A stretch of 64,000 nt of DNA from the human T2T-CHM13v2.0 reference genome, Homo sapiens, in the NCBI RefSeq assembly GCF_009914755.1, contig NC_060926.1; one strand, 5' to 3'. The notes beneath the pieces were generated by a model that made no database searches, had not been told where the DNA came from, and worked only from the letters and a program-made list of their open reading frames with translations. The translations under genes were made by a program, and so were the position numbers. Shown one piece after another: positions 41,431-59,200 of the stretch; positions within the stretch are counted from its first letter, which is position 1; each line of letters begins with the position of its first letter.

Positions 41431-42333
41431 CCCAACATTTTCTAATACAAGGAAACTCACTAAGCTTTATAAGGCCCCCATCCCTCCAAGTATTATCCTT
41501 TCCGGCTGCCCCAACATTAATGACAGCAACTGGTACTAGCCATCTGACATACAATCCCAGTACATTTTTGGGCTCTGATGTTTTCTAGGAATTTTTTCTT
41601 TACAGACTTATTGAAATTAAGCTCTATTCCCTGAAGACCTGGTTTTCATAAACTGTATAGTTTTGCGGTTGAGGGGAAATGGTCTTAGGTCAGTCAATCC
41701 ACTGTTGACACAGAAATGAAATGAGGTAACGGTAGGATTATTGTTAAGATTGAGAGATGTATGAATCATCCTATGCTCTTTCCCAGCCCCCAGGTGACCA
41801 TATAATTAAAATATCCTTGATATTTCTATGTAGTTTAAGTTTTTAATTCTAGAACCCCTCAATCTTTCTCTATTCAACTTAAATGAAAAGACATTTAGTA
41901 TCCAGAAGACACTCAGCACTCAGAAGCAAAGGAAGAAAAATGGAAACATAATGGTCAATGCCCATGTTCTACCCCAGGATCAAATGAGGCATTAATATTG
42001 AGAGTTGTGATTCTGAATGAGTCTTAACCTCATGCACATCTTAGTTGTTCAAAAATGTGTCATGTCAGCAAGGTGGTAACAGTGAAGATTTTCTACAATC
42101 AAAATAGTATAGTTATGTTCTGTTGTATAAAATAGAAATAAATGGACCACATTGATCAGAAAAATCACCCTAGCATATTCCGACAGCTTAATTTTTAAAA
42201 AGCTATGTTATATTAACAATTTAACCACATAGATCTGTCAGCTAGAGTACATGTTGCATATTTAATTGACAATAATTTTTTTTGCTCTCTCAGAGAGTTG
42301 TAGATAGATTTTGGGGTTATCAAATGGTTCTGA

Positions 42334-42634
42334 CTTTTTTTTTTTTTTTTTTTTTTTGAGATGGAGTCTTGCTCTGTCACCAGGCTGGAGTGCAGTGGCA
42401 AGATCTCAGCTTACTGCAACCTTTGCTCCCTGGTTTAAGTGATTCTCCTGCCTCAGCCTCCTGAATAGCTGGGATTACAGGCGCACGCCACCATGCCCAG
42501 CTAATTTTTGTATTTTTAGTAGAGACGGGGTTTCACCATGTTGGCCAGGATGGTCTCAATCTCCTGACCTCGTGATCTGCCCGCCATGGCCTCCCAAAAT
42601 GCTGGGATTACAGGCATGAGTGACTGTGCCCGGC
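42334..42634 (-). mobile_element. AluS with TSD tggttctgac
   Basis: Full Alu with poly-T and the direct repeat on both sides. Confidence 0.9.
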
Positions 42635-45232
42635 TGGTTCTGACATATTTTTAAGAAAGACTAGGCTGATGCTATGGTAACTCAGTTATTCATGATACAT
42701 GTCATCTTGTAAGTAGGAGTATTCAATATTCATGGTTTTGAAGCAGTTTCAGAGTACTATAATCACCACACTTGACAGACTTCAGAATTCATTGAAAATC
42801 TCTGGAAATAATTAGCAATTTGTTATCATAGACTCTAAACAGACCTTCAAAATGCATTACATAGATTTGGTAAAACAGATTGTCAGTCTGCCAAAAGTAA
42901 TCACCTTGGTTTGATTTGCATTGAATGAAAATTTTAAAATGTAAAGCTAAACTCTTCAGGATCACTGCACTGGGTTTCTATAGGACAACACTGAACAGGG
43001 CTGCCACTGAAACACCTTGGAGGAGAGCCTCAAACTCCCTGAACACAGCTTCCAGCACACTACTGGGAGAATGATTGGGACTCAAAAATATGTGCAATGA
43101 ATGTACTTACGAGCTTGTTGGAAAGGAAGTAAAGAGGTTGTATGTAATTACCTCAAATTAATACTGCTACAGATAAAGTAGTAATTAGCACTGACAAAGT
43201 AATAGTAGCACTAAAGTAGTATTAATAGCCCTACACTAGTAGTAGTAATAAAGTGGTATCGCTATTGATTCTATCCGTCTACCTACCTACCTGTCTGGAT
43301 AGGAGGGCATAGGATTTGACTGTAAGATTGGGCTTAGCAGTGAAGACAAAACAGCTCATGCATGCTTTGGACAGGTATGCACTCAAACTTGGTATCATGT
43401 GACTGTTCTGAATTCCAGAACCAAGGCTAAAAGGTGGAAGTTTTGTTTGACTGTGTCTCACATTTTCCTTTTGGTCTATTGTCTAACACATGTTGCTAGA
43501 ATTCTTTTTATTCTGACTACCTTTCATGTATAGACAACGCCATTATTGACGAGATCACTCCCAAGCGGATTGGAGATTGTCCCAATATTTAGACCTATAG
43601 CAAGGCCTTGGGAGAAATGGTGGTGCAGCAGGAGAGCAGGAACCTAACCATTGCCATCCTAAGGCCCTCCATTGTGTGGAGCAACGTGGCACCAGCTTTT
43701 CCTGGTAAGCCCACTTACCTGGATTCTGTGTTTTGCTTTCAAACTAAGGTTCTTCTAGCCCAATTATTTTCTGATGTCTTTCTTCTTCTTCTCCTCCTCA
43801 GGATTTATAGCTAAGTGCAGCCAATCAAATATTAACCCATTATACTAGGGCAAAATTCCACTTTGGGATCATGCGGCTCTTCTGGCAGTTACCCTATCTT
43901 AGAGTTGGATGGAGATCTTAAATTAGCTTCTAACTACTCTAGTCTCAAAATTCCCATGGGTGATGTTTTCATATCTTGGCTTTCCCACTGTAGCTTAAAC
44001 ATATCAGAATGTTCTTGATGGCCAAATTGGTAGTATTGCAACTAACTGCCAGGGTTACAAAGCTCACAGAAGGATCTCAGTTTGGGAATACTAATTTTTT
44101 TAAACCTCAGTATACTGCTATGTCCTTTTGAAAGTACTTTGAATTATACCATCTTCTTCAAAGCAAGTCCGTGAAGCTTTGGGGGCAGATACATTCCAGC
44201 TCCACCACTTACTGGCAATGCAACATTTTTGAGTTGTTCTTTCGGTAGAACAGGACAGATACTACTTTGGAGAGTTGGTTTAATGAAACAATGTATGAGG
44301 AGTGCTCAGTCTCTAGTAAAAGGTAGATCCTACTAAAAGGCTCAACGAATATTAGTCCCTTCATCTTCTCCTCCCGTATATCTGGTCTCCCATTATATGC
44401 ATTTCGACTTTTATACTGTAAGGTAAAGAGACGGCTTAGGGCTTAGGAAACAAACTCAGAAAGACATTTCCCTCTAACTACTCTTAAGCATAATCTTTCC
44501 TGTAACATCTTTAAGCAAGTCAACACACATTATTACCAATCATGTTTTCAATGTTCTCCTAAGGAGGCTAAAATCAGGAATGAGGTGAAGTATGGTTGGT
44601 GAATTGCTTAGCAGATCATGATATAAGGACAAGGTCCATTGTAGCCCTTAAGTTGTCATAAAACACCACAAAACCATTCATGACTCCTGCTACAAACAAC
44701 AATCCTGGCCAAATTTTAATTCTTGCACAAACTGCAGAAAATAGCCAACGCTTTGCCATTGATCTTTGGGATCTTAATCATACTGAATTAGATAGTTCTA
44801 TCGGCTGGAGTCTCAGTGCCCTTGTTTGAAATTTATTAAGATTAGACGGCAGATGTTCCAAAGATACAACAATTTTCTGAAATGTGTAACCAATGGAAAT
44901 TTTCTTTCTTTTAGGGTTGGGTTGATAATCTAAATGGATGTAGCCGACTCATTATTGCGGTATGTATAGGGATGAAGAAGTAACTGTAATGTAGTGGAGG
45001 AATAGTAAGAAAATTCTTAGTGCTGGCTTAGCTTAATTGATCCAAAAACATAAATGCTACTTTACTATCAATTGAAGCATATTATTTCAATTATTCTGGT
45101 TATAATATGGAGGCAGGATGAAATTGTTTTTATTCTTTTAGAATTTTTTTTATCAGGAAAACAGAGGTAAAGTGCTATCAATTACTATTTAAGAGTTCTA
45201 TTTTGAAAAGTGAGAATTAAGGATTTTTCTTT

Positions 45233-47210
<1,978 letters not shown>

Positions 47211-47491
47211 ATGGTTCTGCGAAGGATTTTGCTTTATTTATCGCAAGACGGGGGATATTTCCTCCTTTCTTCAGTTTATAATTGCATGAATTAGTGCAGT
47301 GAATTGAGGATGCAGTAAAAATATCTTCAAAGATTATTAAATTCGTTATTATAAAACACATAGAAGAGTTTATGTGTGTATATGGAAAGCAGGTATACAT
47401 CAATAATTCTTAATGAATACAAGAAAGAACTACCAATATTGGGGCAAATTTTTCAAATACAAACATCAGTGAATATAGGCAAGGCCTTTTC

Positions 47492-47567
47492 TTTTTTATT
47501 ATTCTATTTTAAGTTCTAGGGTACATGTGCACAACGTGCAGGTTTGTTACATAGGTCGACATGTGCC
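47492..47567 (-). mobile_element. 76-bp L1PA 3'-terminal insertion
   Basis: L1 3' end in reverse, flanked by the 14-bp TSD ggcaa(g/c)gccttttc at 47478-47491 and 47568-47581. Confidence 0.85.
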
Positions 47568-50500
47568 GGCAACGCCTTTTCAATAATGTCTTACAAGAAG
47601 AAACGTGGCTCCTCTAGGTGAGCAGCCCTCAGTGCGCATCTCCCTGAAGTCCACATTGATCCGGCAGAGCTGTGGGGTTCACAGCTCACACTGAGGCATT
47701 CAGGGCCTAAACCCCACTTTACTCTTTTGTACAATGAATGGGAAATCAGTGATCTAAATGAGTTTAAATCTTATTAGGGATTCAGCCTGCCCTTCAGACT
47801 CTGTCTCTATTCCTCCCAGAGCTGGGTTCAACATGAATTCAAATACAAATATGAGACAATGAATTATGGTAGTGACAAAGACCTTCCTTCGAATTTCGGA
47901 TTTTTCTAGCAGCCCCTTTCTTTCTGCTTCCCACCTGCCTTCAACTCTTTCTCCTAAAAAAGTTCAGTTGGGGTGAACGTTTGGTGACTTAGAACATCAT
48001 TATTTTAACGTGATCCCAAAGCGGTTTTCATTATATGCAAAGCTGTATATTTATTTACATTTTTAAAAATGTTCTAAATTGGTTTCTTATGTCCAAAAGA
48101 AGGGGAGCTAGTTATAAGAAAAGAGAATTGAGTAACATAAGAAAGTGCTAATCATTTCAAATTCAAGTGGGAAACATGCAAAGCAGAAAGAATCAATTTC
48201 ATAAACTCAACAAATTATTAACATAAACAATTCCAAACTCTTGTATCTATATAACATCAGTGATCTGTGAGGTGAAATGAGATTCTGAAGAAAAACTAAA
48301 TAATAAGGCCATTTTTCTAAGCCAAAAAAGTTTTTGTCATTAATTGTGGAATTTCACCAATCAATTTTTTTCTAATAAAAGTTTCTTAAACTTTTAGTGC
48401 CTACTATTGCTTGTAGGTTAATAAACCCTAGCAGAAAACAAAATCATTAATGAAATGGAAAACAAACATTAATGGGAAATTTGTGTAACCTTAATTCTTA
48501 ACGTGTCTTATGAGTTAATTTTTAAAATGTGAAGGTTTATTCTTGGTGTTTGGTAATTAACTAAGTTTATTAATCTCTCACAAATATGAGGAATTTTATT
48601 CCCTAAAGGAACGTGAGGAACACGAGTAGTTCAAGAAAATGCTGAAGATGCGCTTGGCTGGGAAGCTAGGATAGGCTGACGAAGTCAGACTTAGTGTGGG
48701 AACCTGGTAAGCAGTGGATCGATGTTAGCTGTTTTCACTTATTGCACTAGTATAATCAGTTTGATGATACATACTTCATTCAGCCCCAGCTGTTACTTAA
48801 GACCTGGTTTCACATTTTATGTTCTTTTTCCTGTGCAGGCTGGGAAAGGGTTTCTTTTGGCCATAAAAGCTACTCCAATGGCTGTGGGAGACTTAATTCC
48901 AATTCCAGGTGATACAGCCGTCAATCTCCCACTAGCTGTAGGATGGTGTGCTGCAGTTCACAGGTGTGGATGCTCAAGTGGGCTTTCAAAGATGTCATGA
49001 GAGGGAGGGGTAATGTATTAGGCACATTTTCCAAATATAGGCATTTCATTGTACAAGACCCCAAATGTGAGAGGGTGTTTGTTTCAGTGTTTTATAGAGT
49101 TCCTAATATGCTATCATATATACATTCAGTTGTTTTCAAAATACAGTTTAGTACTTGGTTACTCACAAAGTAATAAAACATTTAAATCACTTAACCATAC
49201 AATTCTTGATAACCAAAAGGCTTTTCTTTCTATTCAGTAGTTTAACATTCAGCTTTCTTTTTTAGGGTAAAGGAGATAGAAGTGGATGAAATGAGAGAGT
49301 ATTTTTTTAACTGAACTCTGATTAATGCCAAAAGTGTTCAATCACTATGTGTGGGGAAGTTTCCTGGTACAAAGGAAAAAAAACAGGTTGTTCATACACT
49401 TGGCTGTGTTAGTAAGTGGTAAACAGAATTAAACTTTTCTTATGTGAACTCACACATATGTGCTTCATAATATGTCACTCCTATTTAACATCTCTTTCAC
49501 ACACACACATCCCCCCACCTCCACACACACCCTTTTGCTAGTCTTCTTCCATTTTGCTTATTAACCCAAAGAAAGAAAAAAATACAGAAGCCTTCTTGCA
49601 TAGGTTGCCTTAATCAGATGAATTATTGAAACCACTCTGTCTAAATATTATTTTCCCTTATTTTTCTTTCTTTAGTTTTCCATTCTGTTGTATTTATTTA
49701 ATTTTTATTTCATTTTCCAGACCTAAGTCAATGTTAGTCTACTACTGTACATCTGGTAACCTCAATCCCTGCAACCGAGGCAAAATGGGTAAGTACTTTA
49801 TCCATGTAACTGCATAATTACTAGTGTCTGACACAGAGAAAAAATAGACAAAAAGTGTGTCATGGAGCTTAGAGCCTACATGGGGAGAAGGACAAAAAGT
49901 AAGCAAAGAGACAAAACAATGAGAAATTGTAAATGTGTGGTAGTTAACTGGAATGTACTGTGGTTACCAAGGAAAGGAGTCATTGGGAACACATACATGA
50001 TTGTAAGCAGTAGGGGGTCCATTGGCTGTAGAGATTTTAAAAAACAGTGATGAAATAAAGCAAAAGTTGGCAGTTATAAAGAATCTCAGTGATAAAATAC
50101 TGAAATACTCCTCCCTACTGGGGCAGCGGGTCCTATACACACCCCTTCCCTTCTTGATATGTCACTGAGAATGGGACGTGATCAATGACCGGTGAGATTT
50201 AGAAAAGTCGGGTGATGTTATTCCTTCCTTTTGAGTGTGTAATAGTGATCGCTAATTTATGCAACTTGTTTCTCTTGGGTGTGCATTAACTACTCTACTA
50301 GTGATTTGTAAAAATGAATAGGAATCACTATGGGAGAATAAAAAAAACACCCAGATTTCTTGGACCCTGGGATCAAGGTCTTGGGTGATGCTGAGGAAAC
50401 TATTTTTTTAATAAGCATCTAGATGATTGTTGATGCTTGCGGAGATGCTCTTTGAGAAACCCTGTACTATACAAATGATTAATTTGTCTGAATGTAAGGG

Positions 50501-51134
50501 ATTTAATCTGGTCAATGTACAAAAACCATGGAAATCAATTTGAGTACAACTTAAACATCTAATGATGGTAGAAGATAAAAGTAGGGAGTTTTGCTATTCT
50601 GTAGGATTTCTTAGTACCTACTAACTAACGCACGCCTTCTATCCCTGTTACATAGGTACCACTAGCTCTTCATATTCCAATGGTAAGCCATGGTACCACA
50701 CTGAAAGTTCTATTGCAGGGCAGCTAGACACTGTGGCTCATTTATATATTGTGGCTTTGAATTGAGAAATGCTTTTCCAGGAATGAGAAATACCTGGCCT
50801 GCATGTTTCCTCTACCTCTCTCACACCTATAGCAAATACTGTGGGCTGATATGACATTGGTTATCCCTGTGCCAAGGCTCTGTTCTAGATTCCCTTCTAA
50901 CACAGCATTTCTGGAAGCTATTACTATTAATTTGATGTTGCATTCAAATTAAAGTCATTTGTGTTTCCTATCAGGGACTCTTAGGAGGGATAAAAATGCT
51001 GCCTACTGGGAGCAGTAGCCATGTTAACAGGAGGTTGAGCATATATAGTCTCAGGTGATATTACAAGGAGTGATAGACAGCTGGGTGGGTGAACATAGGC
51101 TGTCTCTCCATAGAATTGTCTCCTTTAGTGTCCC

Positions 51135-52880
<1,746 letters not shown>

Positions 52881-52939
52881 CCAAATTACATTTTCTACAT
52901 GTGCATGAGTTTCTACTTGTCCCTCACATCAGACAGATA

Positions 52940-54660
52940 GTAGCTTAATGGTTAAAAGTCTTGAGCTTTGAGATGTAATAGACTTGGATTCAAATCATAG
53001 CTCATTCACTCACTCCTGTATTCATTAAATAGGCATTATTCTTGGTGCTGAGGATGTATCACTAAACAGAAATCCATGCTCACATAGATCTTATATTCTG
53101 GTATGCATCCCACCATTTAGTAGACTCCACTACTTATTAGTTGTATCAGTTGGAAAAAGTCTCTCAGTTTCTCCCTGTAGATCAATTTTTTTTATCTGTC
53201 AATGAGAATAATAATTATTCTATTCTAGGGAGCTCTTCGGAGAATGTAGTGAGATAAAGTGCTTAGTACAGTGGTTAGAACAGTGAACATTTTAGTAAAT
53301 GCTTGCTATTACCATATGGACAGCTTTCTCAGAAAGCCTTTCCTAACCCAGCCCCACCCCTCCCCTTCCTGGCACCCAGACAGAGCTAGATGCTTCTTTT
53401 GTGTTCCTCCAGAGCATATTGTACTGGCCTCTAGCAGAATACTCAGGCAAAATATTGTAATCATGAATTGTCCACATGTCCCACCAGACTGCCAGTTCTT
53501 TAAAGACAAAGAATATATCGTATGTAATTTTTTTTTACCTCAGCATCTACCACAGTGCCTGGCAAGTGTTAAATGCTAAATAAATATATTTGAAATGACT
53601 AAAGGAAGGATTGATACAGATTTAGGAAAAGGAAAGTAAGTGTATGTTGCTGAGATATTTATTGATTCGTTCAGTCAAAAAATGTTTATTAGGCACTGAT
53701 TACCTGTCAGCCACTTTTCAAGGTACTGTATAGGTTCAAACAAAACAGGCAAAATTTTGTTATGATACTTAAATCTTAGAAAGGAGAAATATACATCAGA
53801 TATGGTTGAGTGATTGCAGAACAATAAAACAGATTAAAGAAGTAAACAGTATTGTGGGAAGGCTGCTATTTGATATGTGATGGCCAAAGAAAGTCTCTCT
53901 GATAAGGTGTCATCTTAGTAGAGACCTGCAAGAAGTGAGAGGGCAAATCAGAGGGACACGTGGATGAAATATTCCAAGTTGAAGAAACAGCAAGTGCTGA
54001 AGTTCTTTAATCATATTCAAGGACAGCAAGGAGGCCAGTATGGCTGCAGCAGAAGCACTGAGAGGGAGAGCGGTAAGAGATGAAGTCAGAGTGGTGGGCA
54101 GAGAGAGTGAGGATGCAGAGTGCAAGCCCTTGCAGACCATGGCTTTGCCTCTAAATGAGAAGAGATTCCGTTGAAGGGCTCTGAATGGGGACGTTCCTGT
54201 AATACACTCTGAGTTACATTTTACAAGAATCCTTCTGGCTGCTACATGGAGGTCCGACTAGGGTTACAGGGGTAGTGGCAGAGACCACTTAGGACAGTAT
54301 TGCAACATTCCAGGCTACAGTAGTGGTTTGGATCAGAGAGATAGCAGGTGGAAATTATGATTCTGGGTATTTTTCAAACAGAGAGCTGATAGATTTTGTT
54401 CAATTGTGTGTGGGTTGTTAAAGAAAGAGAAGAATCAAGGATAACCCCAAAGTTTTTGGCTGAACTACTAAACAAATTGAATTAGCATTTGGTTAGAGGT
54501 AGAAGACTGGTGAAATAGCAAGTTTGTGTATGTATTGGGAGGGGGGTGGTTAGCACTGGGTATATCAGGAGGCCCATTTTAGAGCTGTTAAATGTGAATG
54601 TCTCTTACACCTCCAGGTGGAAATGTTGAACAAGTATATGGATATATAGATCAGAACATC
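52940..54660. mobile_element. MIR and L2 remnants (L2 minus at ~53660-54660)
   Basis: MIR motifs agacttggattcaaatc and ctcagtttc; L2 reverse 3' end ttcagtcaaaaaatgtttatt and body gaatcaaggataaccccaaagtttttggc. Confidence 0.55.
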
Positions 54661-55874
54661 AGTGCTGAGATCAGAATCTCTTATGCTATCAACCTGTACA
54701 TAACTTTCTTATTTACCACCATCTTTTTAAAGTATAAATCCCTATGGACCAGGTGATTCTTGAGAATCTTCTCTGAAGAGGAGTTATATTTTTCAGATAG
54801 ATTTTTAGCTGGCATTTTTTTAAGTAGGGCAATAATCGTATTACTATAATAACTGACATCATAATTGAATAATGAGCTTAGGCATATGCTTTGCAAAAAC
54901 CTACATAACTTAATTAAAATTGAATTCAAATGAGTACCTTTTCGAAAGAACTACTGAATTCACAAATGTACATAAAAAGTTCTTAATTAAGCTTAATCTA
55001 AGTATTAATATAAAAAGAAAAACACTATTATGAATAAAACCCTGGATACCAGAGTGGACAATTGGGTCTGACATATTCCTGGAGAAATATTTAAAGTAAG
55101 CTAAAACAAGAAAATCTTGCCTTTAGAATTTTTTAGTTAAACTTTTAAAAAAGATTCAAATAAAACGTTAAGAAACTTTCTAAATGGTTCTGAAAGTAAT
55201 GGTCCAGCCAGGGAAATAAAGTTTCTAGCCTGTGTCTTGGGGCTTTCAGAATAGACTAGGTAACCTTAGAATTAAATGTGGATTTATATTTTTCTGAACA
55301 GTACCCCCTTTTATTGACTACATGTGCTTCCCCAAGAATTTGTTGTAGAGTAGATGTTTCAAATAAAGGGTCCAATTCTTAACCCATTCACATTGTTTCA
55401 TTTTGCAGATAACCACTTGCCTAGCATAAAAATCTTTACGTTGTTCTCAGAAATTGATTCTTGACTCTACACAGCAAATCCTTCATCTTTATTGTTGTGA
55501 CCCATTGTAAATACCTTCCACTATGATGGGCTTATATTCTCCTATTCTCCTCTAGCACTTACTCTCTTTTTTCCCCCAGGATTGAGGTCTTGGCAACCTT
55601 TGAAATTCCAATTCCATTTGCGAGAGCTTTGAGGAGGCCATATGCTGATTTTACCACCAGCAACTTCACAACCCAGTACTGGAATGCCATCAGCCAGCAG
55701 GCCCCTGCCATCATCTGTGACTTCTATCTGTGGCTCACTGGAAGGAAACCCAGGTGAGAAGCTGAGTCAATGGCTTTGAGAATGTCACTGCATATGGGAG
55801 ATTGAGGCCCCAAAGTCTTTAGGGCTTCCTTCAGCCAAGGATTAAAGGAGACAACTGAATCTGACCCATATATA

Positions 55875-56241
55875 CAGATTGAACACACCTACTCTGAAAA
55901 TGCAAAATCTGAAATTCTCCAAAATCCAAAATGTTTTGAGTACTGACATGATGCCACAAATGGAAAATTCCACACATCTTACCTCATGTGATGGGTCACA
56001 GTCAAAACACATTCAAAACTTTGTTTCATGCATAAAATTATTTAAAATATTGTATAAGATTACCTTCAGGTTATGTGTATGTGGCTAAGTGTGTATGAAA
56101 CATAAGTGAATTTTGTGTTTAGACATGGCTCCCATTCCCAAGATTCCTCATTACATAGAAGCAAATATTCCAAAATCTGAAAACAGTTGAAACCCAACAC
56201 ACTTCTGACCCAAGCATTTCAGATAAAGGATACTCAACCTG
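55875..56241. mobile_element. Tigger4-like TcMar DNA transposon
   Basis: TA-flanked, terminal inverted repeats cagattgaac / ctcaacctg, body aaaatctgaaattctccaaaatcc. Confidence 0.7.
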
Positions 56242-59200
56242 TATAAGTTTTGAACAAACAAAGCAGTCATAGTGAGAAGCCACAGAAGCCTCCTACATTA
56301 AAAATGCTCCAGCATAATAAAGGAAGGTAAATGTTAAAGCGCCTGCTTGGTGAATTCAGCAAGTGATCATTCACGCAAAAAGAAAAGCAACTGAGACTCT
56401 GTCGCTAGGGTTTTTCAAATAGGTAGAGAATCTTAAATATCCAGTAATGATGACAACCTCACTTACTGGGAGCTTACTCGTGGGGCTAAGGAGGATGCAT
56501 GATGATCCCGTTTTTATTGTCGCAGCTACCGAAGGAAGATACCCTCATCAACCCAATTTTACAAATGGAGAAATAGAAGCTAAGGGAAGAATCTGAAGTA
56601 GTCTCAAAGGCAGTGACAGGAAGGATGTGGAGAAAGCTGAGTGTCAAAGTCAGTATTCATGACTAGATTTACTGCTACTTAGAGATGAATGAAGAAATCA
56701 GAGGGAACGCAGTGTGCTGATGCTAAAGCAGCTGTCACCACTCAGCTGTGTGACATAGGACATCTTCCTCTGTCTCACTTGAATAATATGATGTGTCAGA
56801 GGAGACATGATTGTAATTGCCTAAAGCAATTTTTGTGATCAAGAATCAGAAACATGAACAGTATTGCTGTCTGTGTTAGCCCCTTTATAAGGGAGGAAGT
56901 CATCTTCAGCATGTTGAATTGTCATCTTTCTTAGCAGTGCAAATGACTAAAACTTAGCCAATGTAGAGTTTATCCAAATTTGGAGCAAAGTGAAAAGAAA
57001 CCATTGTGATTATGGGGAAAATATTTGTATGGGACTATTAAATAAAGACACGAAAAGAAGAAAACCCAAATATTATAGGCAGAAATGCTAAAGGTTATAA
57101 AATATATCAGGATTGGAAGAAGCCATGGATAAAGAACAAAGTTCAGTTAGGAAAGAGAAACACAGAAGGAAGAGACACAATAAAAGTCATGTATTCTGTG
57201 AGAAGTCAGACAGATTTGTGGGGAATGGATTGGTTTGTTGTATGGTATGTATTTTAGCAATAATCTTTATGGCAGAGAAAGCTAAAATCCCTTAGCTTGC
57301 ATGAATGATCACTTGCTAAATTCCTCAAGGTAGGCATGATGAAGGAGGGTTTAGAGGAGACACAGACACAATGAACTGACCTAGATAGAAAGCCTTAGTA
57401 TACTCAGCTAGGAATAGTGATTCTGAGGACACACTGTGACATGATTATGTCATTACATGTATGGTAGTGATGGGGATGATAGAAGGAAGAACTTATGGCA
57501 TATTTTCACCCCCACAAAAATCAGTTAAATATTGGGACACTAACCATCCAGGTCAAGAAAAGTCACATGCCATAGCCATGGTATTGCACATCATTCATCT
57601 TGCATTCTTTGAGAATAAGAAGATCAGTAAATAGTTCAGAAGTGGGAAGCTTTGTCCAGGCCTGTGTGTGAACCCAATGTTTTGTTTAGAAATAGAACAA
57701 GTAAGTTCATTGCTATAGCATAACACAAAATTTGCATAAGTGGTGGTCAGCAAATCCTTGAATGCTGCTTAATGTGACGAGGTTGGTAAAATCCTTTGTG
57801 CAACACTCTTACTCCCTGAATGTTTTGCTGTGCTGGAACTTGTGCGTGCCAGACAAGGCCAAGCTGGGTGAAAGAGCAATCAGCCACCTCTGCAACCTGC
57901 CACCTCCTGCTGGCAGGATTTGTTTTTGCATCCTGTGAAGAGCCAAGGAGGCACCAGGGCATAAGTCTACTCACTTATATCTGTTTGTCTGAAACATAAC
58001 CCATGTTTGTTTTTACAACAAATAAAATTGATCTTGAATAAAAACTGAGTGGTCACTGTCATTAATCTTTGAACCCAGATTAACCTTTTGGTCATACCTA
58101 GTCTAAGAGAAAAGAGATACTCTTATCAATAAATACAGAGCCCAGCTATGTCAGTGAAGATCTCAAGTGCATAGACAATAGTATAGGGAAGAGTCAGAGG
58201 CCAAAAAGACAGGGATGGCAGACATTGAACAGAGGAGAGTGTGGTGTTTGGCTCTGCATCAACTGAGATTATGGAAGAACACCTGAGGCTTGGGGAGAGC
58301 ACCTACAAGATACCAATAAAGCATTCTAAGAACATCTATGAAGTGAGAAAATTTGAATTACTGTTGTTCTTGTGATTACGATTGTATTTATGGTTGTTAC
58401 TTCATTCGTATTAATCACCTATGTGCCCAAGTGTAATCATGAAGTTAGATTTTTCCCAGATTTTTTTATTAGACTCAAGAATTCCCATAGACAAGGGCAA
58501 TATCACTATCCTATTTATACATTTCTTCTCTCAGTTCTGTAGAGCCAAAATATAGAGTCCAATCTTTTAGATAGGTCATGCAATAAAGGCTGACTTGGAT
58601 TATCTAACTGGTACATGAGGCCCCGTGTGGTAGTTTACTCCAGAGGAAATTGGCACTTGCATATAATTGTAGTTAAGTTGATCCCTTGATATCAGAAAAG
58701 TTTCTGCTATGCAGTCCTTTTTGATGATTTAATAATATACGTCCTCATTTTAGACAGTACCAGTGGCCATAGATGCACTTGGCAGCAGAGTATTACAGAT
58801 GGTAAAGCTTGAATCTGCGTTTTAGTAGCAAGAGCATTTGGAGTCTTGTGCTTCCCTTGTAGACATCTTAACATCTACATGCTATCTTTCGTCTACTGTT
58901 GTTACTGCTACTAGTTCCATAGACATTCTAATTTTCACTTGGGATATAATTTTTGTTATTTGTAAGCTCCCTCTTCTTTTTCATTTTTTCACCCCCTTTC
59001 AGACTGTTCTAAAATCAGAAAGGAAATTCTCCTCCATGAGCATGTATATGTTTTTGGCTCTTGGAACTTGAGATGGTGCAATTAAGTACAAGCACATTTT
59101 CCAGATAAGTCATGTGAAGTGATTTACATTTCATAATATGATCATTTCTGATTGATCTTATCTATTAAGACCACCCATAGAGATGGCTGTAATGAATTAA

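Noticed and set aside
58600-59100. Possible further pseudogene exons
   Set aside because: The translations I tried matched no protein I could recognise; a BLAST search is needed.
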